Source of the DNA: Eledone cirrhosa
Lineage: Eukaryota
Length of the DNA stretch: 64,000 nucleotides
NCBI GenBank assembly: GCA_964016885.1
Contig: OZ024758.1
Span: forward strand, 17,050,001-17,114,000
Direction: 5' to 3'
Notes under the pieces: model-generated
What the model was told of the DNA's origin: nothing
Databases searched by the model: none
Seen by the model: only the letters and a program-made list of their open reading frames with translations
Program-made: the position numbers and the translations under genes
Shown here: positions 56,050 through 64,000 of the stretch, piece by piece
Layout of the letters: each line of letters starts with the position of its first letter
Position numbering within the stretch: the first letter of the stretch is position 1

Positions 56050-56694
56050 GTTTCCATGCAGTGGGAATGAACCCAATACCAGATACTTGCTAAGCCAGCT
56101 CCTTCACTATAAAACCACTAATATGCCTGCATCTAAATGAACAATAACATATATGGAGGAAAAAAGAAAGAGGAAAACATTTATCTAAACATTAATATCA
56201 ATTTTAGCCATTTATGAGAAAAAAAAAAAAAAATAAAGCAAAACTAACAATCAAACAAAAATATAACATACAACAAAAAAATACAACTTAACTATGAAAA
56301 TATATCATTTCACTGTTTTATGTTTCTTTCTATTGAAAAATTCTTTCGTGTAAAAAAAATACGAAATATTTTGTTAGTTTTGTTGTTGTTGTTTTTTTTT
56401 TTTCTAATATTAAGTCAGATCGTTTTCTGAATATATATCAAAAATATTAATTAACATATCTAACTATATTTAGAACCCAAGAAACATCATAAATTGAAAA
56501 TTAGACACTTGAAGCACACAGAAGTAAGATAAATAGTTAAAGCAAATTGGTGCGGGGGGGGGGGGGGGATATAGAGGGAGGGACAGGTAGAAAGGGAGGG
56601 GGAGGGGGGGTAGAAAGGGATAGGGGAGAGGGAGTGTTAGAGAGCGAACATGTTTGGAAGAATAAGAAATATTTTTCAAGGTGAATTCTTAGTA

Positions 56695-57147
56695 TATCAT
56701 CATCATTATCATCACCATTATCATCATCATTATTGTCGCTGTTGCCATCATCATCATCATTTATCGCCATCATCTACACCACCACCACCATCATCATCAT
56801 CACCATCATCCCCATTGTCATCATCATCACTACCATCATCACCATCATCCCCATTGTCATCCTCACCATCACCATCACCATCACCATCACAATTATCGTC
56901 ATCATTATCATCATCATCATTGTCATAATAATTCTCAATGTCATCATCATTCATCATCATCATCACCACAACCACCATCATCATCATTACCATCATCATC
57001 ACCATCATCATCGTCATCAACATTCATCATCATCATCACCACAACCACCATCATCATCATTACCATCATCATTACCATCATCATTACCATCATCATCATC
57101 ATCATCGTCATCATCATCATCATCACCACAACCACCATCATCATCAT
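56695..57147. repeat. (CAT/CAC)n tract, expanded tail of an RTE-type element on the minus strand
   Basis: Abuts TTTAACGTCTGTTTTCCCTG, an RTE-type 3' end. Confidence 0.85.
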
Positions 57148-57737
57148 TTAACGTCTGTTTTCCCTGTTAGCAAGGGTTAGATGGGTCTAAATAGACCAAG
57201 ACAGACCAAGATGTGGGACTACTGATCTCTCAGACAGGCCAAGGGGTCTGTAACCCACTTACATATGGTCATATTGAGTGCAGAGTAGAGGTTGTGGTGT
57301 CTTTTTGAAAACAAACTAAAGGGTCCTCATATAATTATATGGTAGTTATGTGTGTAATTATAGTTGCTATCATAATTCAACATCTAAATTCACTGTTAGA
57401 AAGGATACATATATATGTATTGATCTTTTCTTCTTTTGGGGTTATAGCTACTGTCACTGAGAGAGTGGGATTGGTTCAGTGCACAGTCTTTCCTCACTTA
57501 AAAAAAATATCTTCATGCACAGGCATTGCATGTTAGAATTAATTAATTGTTTCTACTGTTGGCACAAGGCCAGAAATTAGCCAGTACATTACTGGTACGT
57601 TATTTTATCGACCCTGTAAGGATGAAAGGCAAAGTTGACCTCGACGGGATTTGAACTCAGAATGGAAAGAATTAATTATTAATTATTAATAATGCTATAT
57701 CGTGCAATGGCTATACTCGATAACGAGGGGCCAGCCA

Positions 57738-58121
57738 TCATTTTCATTTCATTTTACATCCGCTTTTCCCTGCTTGCAAGGGTGGGACGGGAACTGATTC
57801 TGGCTTGATTTCTACAGCAGGATGCCCCTCTTAACACCAACCACATTTACAGTGAGTGCTGTGTCCTTTTTTCCGTGGCGCCTACACGTCCACTTTACAG
57901 TGTGAGCTGGGTGCTTTTTTGCTGTGGTAACTCCACGACCACTTTGCAGTGGAATGATAGGGACCCCAGTCCCTATCATCTCATTTCTACAGCTGAGTAA
58001 ACTGGAGCAATGTGAAATAAAGTGTCTTGCTCAAGGAAACAACACATCACCCGGTCTGAGAATTGAATTCACAACCTTTTGATTGCAAGGCCAATGCTCT
58101 AACCACTAAGCCATGTGCCTC
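57738..58121 (-). mobile_element. Full-length SINE family S2
   Basis: Same structure as 7075-7458. Confidence 0.88.
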
Positions 58122-58272
<151 letters not shown>

Positions 58273-58419
58273 TATAGGAGGTGAGTTTTATTTTTCATCC
58301 TTTCCAAACCCCCCTCATTTTTCCCCCAATATCACACATCAATCTTAAATTACTTTTCATATGTTGATTTAAAACTTCACTATTCACAAGTGTTTTTTAA
58401 CCTTCATATCATGTATCCC

Positions 58420-58490
58420 TATTTTATCTGACGAAAACGCAAATATCATCTCATGATGATATTTGTTTTTGAAATGCGCATAATAAAATA
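58420..58490 (+). ncRNA. Type I hammerhead ribozyme, intact core
   Basis: Stem I TATTTTAT/ATAAAATA (8 bp); core CTGACGA; stem II with CAAATATCATC/GATGATATTTG; GAAA; palindromic stem III TGCGCA; AUA triplet. Confidence 0.85.
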
Positions 58491-58801
58491 CATGGAACTC
58501 TTTTAACCATCTTTTGATCTTATATTATATATATATATAACAAAGAGGGCATAGTAAGATACCAGGTGGACCATAATGAACCTGAGTACTCAATACGTAG
58601 GGTAGTAGGTATTAGGAAGAGTCAGAACACCGGCGACTGAGCTCCGCCCATTTTTACAGCTAGATCCAAACTAGTTGTCAAACCGGCCGGAGCTCAGCCA
58701 TCGGGGTCCTGACTCTTTCCCTATATCATCATCATCATCATCATCATCATCATCTTACGTCTGCCTTTTCCCTGCTTGCAAGTATATATATATATATATA
58801 T

Positions 58802-61558
58802 GTCCTCAATAAAACTACGGTAACAGTAATATCTGCGTACGCACCCCAATCCGGACTGCCCCGCGCTATAAAAGACAGATTCTACGAGACACTGATGCTC
58901 GCTACCTCCCAAATAACCGACAGTGACTATATAGTTATTGCAGGCGACCTAAATGGTCACGTTGGACAACATTGTGACGGCTATGACGGAATCCATGGAG
59001 GCTATGGGTTCGGTACTAGAAATGAGGAAGGCTCCAGAATCCTGGAATTCTGCGACGCAAATAACTTGACTATCTGTAACACTAACTTCAAAAAACGAGA
59101 CAATCACTTGATCACCTATAGATCGGGGGAACACACAAGCCAGGTAGATTATATCCTTACCAGAAGACGTGACAGAGTGTCTGTTGTTAACACTAAATCC
59201 CACCCCCATGAAGAATTCACCTCCCAACATAGACTGATAATTAGTGACCTCATAGTCAGGACGAGACGTACTAGACAGCGGAAGAGGACTATCCTCAGGA
59301 GAAAAATATGGAAGCTAAAGGACCCCATAGCCAGAAATAAATTTCAAAGCAAATTACTTGACGCTTTCGACAGTAAGGAAGAGCAATTAGAGTCGTATAA
59401 TATAGAGGAACAGTGGGAATTCCTGAGAGCAAACCTGCTGACGGCGGCAGACGAAGTCTGTGGCTGGAGCAGGCCTGTAGGTAGGAGGAGAGTAACATGG
59501 TGGTGGAACAGTAAGGTGGAGGAGTCAATTAAGGCCAAAAAGCAGGCTTGGAAAGTATGGCGGGATGGGGGAAGTAGAGAAGACTATCAAGTGGCCAGGA
59601 GGGAAGCTAGGAGACAAGTGTACTTCGCAAGAAGGGAAGCAGAGGAAAGAAAGTTCAAGCATGTTCTACAACGTGAGGACCAAAAACGTGAGGTGTTCAG
59701 GATTGCCAGGCAATGTGTCAAGGAAAACCGTGATATTGTCGGGGAGAAGTGTGTACTTAACGATGATGGCATACTTGCCATCACCGACGCTGATAAGAAG
59801 GTAGCTTGGAAGTGTCACTACGAAAGGCTTCTAAATGAGGAGAACAAATGGGAGAAAGACAGTCTCCCCCAGATCGATCCAATAGAGGGACCAGCAGTGT
59901 TAGTTGAAGGTAGTATAATAAGTAAAGCAATCAAAGATATGAAGACGGGTAAGGCGGCTGGGCCTTCGGAAATAGTTGCTGAGATGCTGAAGGCATCTGG
60001 TTCGGTGGGACACACCATGGTCACCCGGATAGTTAACCAAGTCGTACAGAATGGGGTTGTTCCGAAGGAATGGCGTAGCAGCATCATCGTTAACTGCTAT
60101 AAGGGAAAAGGAGATGCCCTAGATAGGAGTAACTATAGAGGCATTAAATTAATCGACCAGGTCATGAAGGTCACGGAAAAAGTAATAGCGCAACTAATCA
60201 GAGAGAGAATTGATCTAGGTGAAATGCAGTTCGGGTTTGTGTCAGGCAAAAGTACCACAGACGCTCTTTTCATTGTACGACAACTACAGGAGAAGTACCT
60301 AGCTAAAAGTAAACCCCTATACTTAGCTTTTGTCGACTTGGAGAAAGCCTTCGACAGAGTCCCCCGTTCCATTATCTGGTGGTCTCTTAGAAAACTAGGT
60401 GTTGACGAATGGCTTGTGAGAGCTATACAAGCCATGTATAAAGAAACAGTCAGTAAGGTTAGAATTAACAACGAATATAGTGAAGAGTTTAGCGTAAAAG
60501 TTGGTGTCCATCAGGGCTCTGTACTTAGCCCCCTACTATTTATTATTGCCCTTCAGGCTATAACAGAGGAGTTCAAGACCGGCTGCCCATGGGAACTCCT
60601 ATACGCAGATGATCTAACGCTCATAGCTGAATCAATGACCAAAGTAGAGAAGAAATTCCAAACGTGGAAGCACGGCCTAGAATCAAAAGGCCTTAAAATT
60701 AACCTGGCTAAGACTAAAGTTCTAGTTTGTAGGAAAGAAAATAAGGCGGCGGTCCCATCGGGGAAATGGTCATGCTCAGTGTGTAGGAAAGGCGTAGGTA
60801 GAAACTCCATTTTATGTCCCAAATGCAAAGTATGGGTGCATAAAAGATGTAGTGGGATCACAGGTAAGCTAACTAAGAACATAGATTTTACATGTGGCCG
60901 GTGCTCTGGTGCAATAAGTAGCAGCAAGTGCCCACAAAATACTAGCTCCTTCAACTGCGCAGAGGGTTCTATAGAAATAGTGGACAGCTTCCGTTATCTG
61001 GGCGACAAAATCAGCAGTGGGGGAGGGTGCTCTGAAAGTACAGTAGCTAGAGTCAGAACTGGATGGAAAAAGTTCAGAGAGCTTATACCACTATTAGCCG
61101 CTAGAGGGTTCTCCCTAAAAATGAAAGGCAGGTTATACGATGCCTGCATACGAACAGCAATGCTGCATGGCAGTGAGACCTGGGCATTGTGTGCAGAGGA
61201 TATACGCAGACTAGAGAGGAACGAAGCTTGCATGCTCCGCTGGATGTGCAATAGTAATATACGTGAACGGCAAAGCATAAACGAACTAAGGAAAAAATTA
61301 GAAATAAGAGGGATCAGATGTTGTTTACTCGAGAGAAGGCTACGTTGGTACGGTCACGTGATGCGCATGAAAGACGACAGCTGTATAACAAAGTGCAGGG
61401 CAATAAAGATAGACGGTAGCCACGGAGTAGGCAGACCCAGAAAAACATGGGACGAGCTGATAAATTCCGACCTCACACGCTTACACCTCTCCAAGACAAT
61501 GTCACTGGACCGAGACCTTTGGCGGTACTCAGTAATAGAGAAGACCCGCCTTACCTAA
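58802..61558 (+). CDS. RTE ORF: partial AP-endonuclease + reverse transcriptase + PHD-type finger
   Basis: The frame is open from 58802 (VLNKTTVTVISAYAPQ). EN motifs are AGDLNGH and QVDYIL...SQH; RT motifs are NYRGIKL, QFGF, FVDLEKAFD, GVHQGSVLSP, YADD and FRYLG. The N-terminus is missing. Confidence 0.95.
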   Translation, partial: VLNKTTVTVISAYAPQSGLPRAIKDRFYETLMLATSQITDSDYIVIAGDLNGHVGQHCDGYDGIHGGYGFGTRNEEGSRILEFCDANNLTICNTNFKKRDNHLITYRSGEHTSQVDYILTRRRDRVSVVNTKSHPHEEFTSQHRLIISDLIVRTRRTRQRKRTILRRKIWKLKDPIARNKFQSKLLDAFDSKEEQLESYNIEEQWEFLRANLLTAADEVCGWSRPVGRRRVTWWWNSKVEESIKAKKQAWKVWRDGGSREDYQVARREARRQVYFARREAEERKFKHVLQREDQKREVFRIARQCVKENRDIVGEKCVLNDDGILAITDADKKVAWKCHYERLLNEENKWEKDSLPQIDPIEGPAVLVEGSIISKAIKDMKTGKAAGPSEIVAEMLKASGSVGHTMVTRIVNQVVQNGVVPKEWRSSIIVNCYKGKGDALDRSNYRGIKLIDQVMKVTEKVIAQLIRERIDLGEMQFGFVSGKSTTDALFIVRQLQEKYLAKSKPLYLAFVDLEKAFDRVPRSIIWWSLRKLGVDEWLVRAIQAMYKETVSKVRINNEYSEEFSVKVGVHQGSVLSPLLFIIALQAITEEFKTGCPWELLYADDLTLIAESMTKVEKKFQTWKHGLESKGLKINLAKTKVLVCRKENKAAVPSGKWSCSVCRKGVGRNSILCPKCKVWVHKRCSGITGKLTKNIDFTCGRCSGAISSSKCPQNTSSFNCAEGSIEIVDSFRYLGDKISSGGGCSESTVARVRTGWKKFRELIPLLAARGFSLKMKGRLYDACIRTAMLHGSETWALCAEDIRRLERNEACMLRWMCNSNIRERQSINELRKKLEIRGIRCCLLERRLRWYGHVMRMKDDSCITKCRAIKIDGSHGVGRPRKTWDELINSDLTRLHLSKTMSLDRDLWRYSVIEKTRLT

Positions 61559-62063
61559 ATACAAAGTAAAAACCTACTACAGTCAGTAGGCATCTCTATC
61601 AAAACACACCCCCGTCCCACCACCTCCATCCCACCCACACCGCCCCTTTCAATGTAAAGTTATGTTGGTCCCACAACATCCAGGCCGAAACAAATGAGAT
61701 CGTGTAGGTGTCACGACAAAAAACACACAGTCCACGCTGTAAATGTGGCCGTGTAGGCAACACGGTAAAAACCTCCCAGCCCCACGCTGTAAATGTGGTT
61801 GGTGTTAGGAAGGGCATCCAGCTGTAGAAAACCCGCCAGACAGTCCACGCTGTAATGTGGCCGTGTAGGCAACACGGTAAAAACCTCCCAGCCCCACACT
61901 GTAAATGTGGTTGGTGTTAGGAAGGGCATCCAACTGTAGAAAACCCGCCAGACAGTCCTATGCGAGCAAGACAACCACTCTTGCCTCAAGTGGGAAAACC
62001 CCCGTCCAAACCCATGCAAGCGTGGAACACGGACGCTAAACCTGATGATGATGATGATGATGA

Positions 62064-62067
<4 letters not shown>
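58802..62067 (+). mobile_element. Young RTE-clade LINE, 5'-truncated within the endonuclease, inserted in (TA)n
   Basis: Uninterrupted ORF, ~480-bp 3'UTR with internal duplication, (GAT)n tail, TA repeats on both sides. Confidence 0.97.
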
Positions 62068-62114
<47 letters not shown>

Positions 62115-62849
62115 AGGGCTTCTCTCTACCAAATTTCACTACAAAGTAATGATCAGCTTGAGGTTATGCAGTGAGGCAAAACCTAAATTGACAAGGTTGC
62201 ACAGCAAACTCCTTAATCACATAGCCATGCCTGTGCATATATTCCTTTATCAACATCAACATCATTGTTTTTATAACCATTTAGCATAGCTCGGATGAAA
62301 TATTTTAAAGCAGTATTCTATATTTGGTAGCATTTCCTAATGCCAATCTATACTTAGTTTTATTCAATGAACAAACGAAATAAAAATGTGCACAAAACAA
62401 CCACAACTTTCTTAAGGCCATTTTCCCTGCTAAAGTAGGGTTTAGCAATGCAACCCTTATGATTACTTCCATCCTCATCATGGGGTCCTTTTTGAAGTAA
62501 TGTTTTATGACCAGATGCTCTGTCTAACACCAGCCCTTTAAGTTGCCACATGTAACATCTAGGGGTATGGTGTATCTATTACTAAACCAAGATACACATG
62601 GGATGATCCATAAATGAAATATGATGGATCATATATAGTTTGTTGTCCAGGCTTTAATGGATATTTTCCCTTTGCCCATTATTCTGCGCATATTGTATTA
62701 AATGTTTTGTTAGATGAATATTGCGTGACTTTGTCCCCCAAAACCTCAATATCTGGTAATGAGAAAATTTATTCCACCATAATATAAAAGAAAAAAAAAA
62801 TCTACAAAAAAAAACACGCCAAAAACAACAACAAAAATAACAACAACAA

Positions 62850-63840
62850 TATACATACATGCATACATACACACATACACAAACAACAACATATATATAT
62901 ATATACACATACACACATACAACACAACAACAAAGACATACACACACATATACACAATACAACAAAAACAAACACATATACACATACATACACATATGCA
63001 CATACATACACACACACACGCGCACACTTATAAAAATAATCACACTCACACACGTACACACACACACATACATACACACATACATACACACATACACACA
63101 CCAACAACATACCCATATACACACATAGACACACTCATACAACAACAAAAATAATCCCACACACACACACAAACACATACACACATATACATACATACAC
63201 ACACCTACAACCCACAACACACATGCACACACTCAAACAACAACAAAAATAATCACACTCACATACAAACATACACACATACACACACACATACACACAT
63301 ACATATACACATACACATACCCACATACACACATACATTACATACACACAAACACATACCGATATAGACACATGCACACACTCAAACAACAACAACAAAA
63401 ATAATCACACTCACACACAAACATACACACATACATATACATACACACATTCACACATACACACATGCACACACTCAAACAACAACAAAAAAATAATCAC
63501 AGTCACACACAAGCACATACTCACATATATATACATACATACATATACATACACCCATACACACACACACACATGCACCCACTCAAACACAAACATACAC
63601 ACATACATATACATACACACATGCACACATACATATACATATACACACACATACCCACATACACACATACATACACATTCACACATACACACATGCACAC
63701 ACTCAAACAACAACAACAACAACAACAAAAATAATCACACTCACACACAAACACATACTCACGCACACACACGACTACAACCCACAATAAACACACAATA
63801 ACACCACCAACAACAACAACAACAGAAGCAGCAACAACAA
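62850..63840. repeat. Complex (CA/TA)n repeat with recurring CAACAACAAAAATAATCACAC unit
   Basis: Direct reading. Confidence 0.92.
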
Positions 63841-64000
63841 TAAGAAATAAATGGAAAGTAAATAGAAATAAATACGGAAATATAATATTTATCTTCGAAA
63901 ATGGAAGAGATTACATCAGAGAAAGCAATTATAGAGAAAATTCTATGAAAATCTTCACGTTTCCCATCTAAATATGTAGAGAATCATAACTAAACTGTAG

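Overview
AT-rich, repeat-dominated eukaryotic (animal) DNA with no recognisable host gene. The mix of tRNA-derived SINEs, RTE LINEs with (GAT)n tails and very dense (TA)n/(CAT)n/(CTA)n microsatellites suggests a coleoid cephalopod such as an octopus (inference). The only long real ORF belongs to a young, 5'-truncated RTE-clade LINE at 58802-62067. It encodes a partial endonuclease and an RT with a PHD-type finger, and a near-identical truncated copy lies at 39329-40805. Other content: a ~43-copy 59-bp tandem array, fragments of CR1, Vingi/Ingi-like, CRE-like and Tx1-like retroelements, piggyBac-, Tc1/pogo- and hAT-like MITEs, and a ~780-bp foldback. The most notable signal is a set of short, unrelated elements sitting in (TA)n microsatellites. 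They carry type I hammerhead ribozyme folds with palindromic stem III (intact at 22039-22093, 58420-58490 and 39100-39170; one with a ~110-nt stem II at 22542-22685). They often have a downstream AATAAA and copy-specific inverted ends, which fits Penelope-like/retrozyme-type elements. All structures were read by eye, and coordinates of degenerate repeats are approximate.
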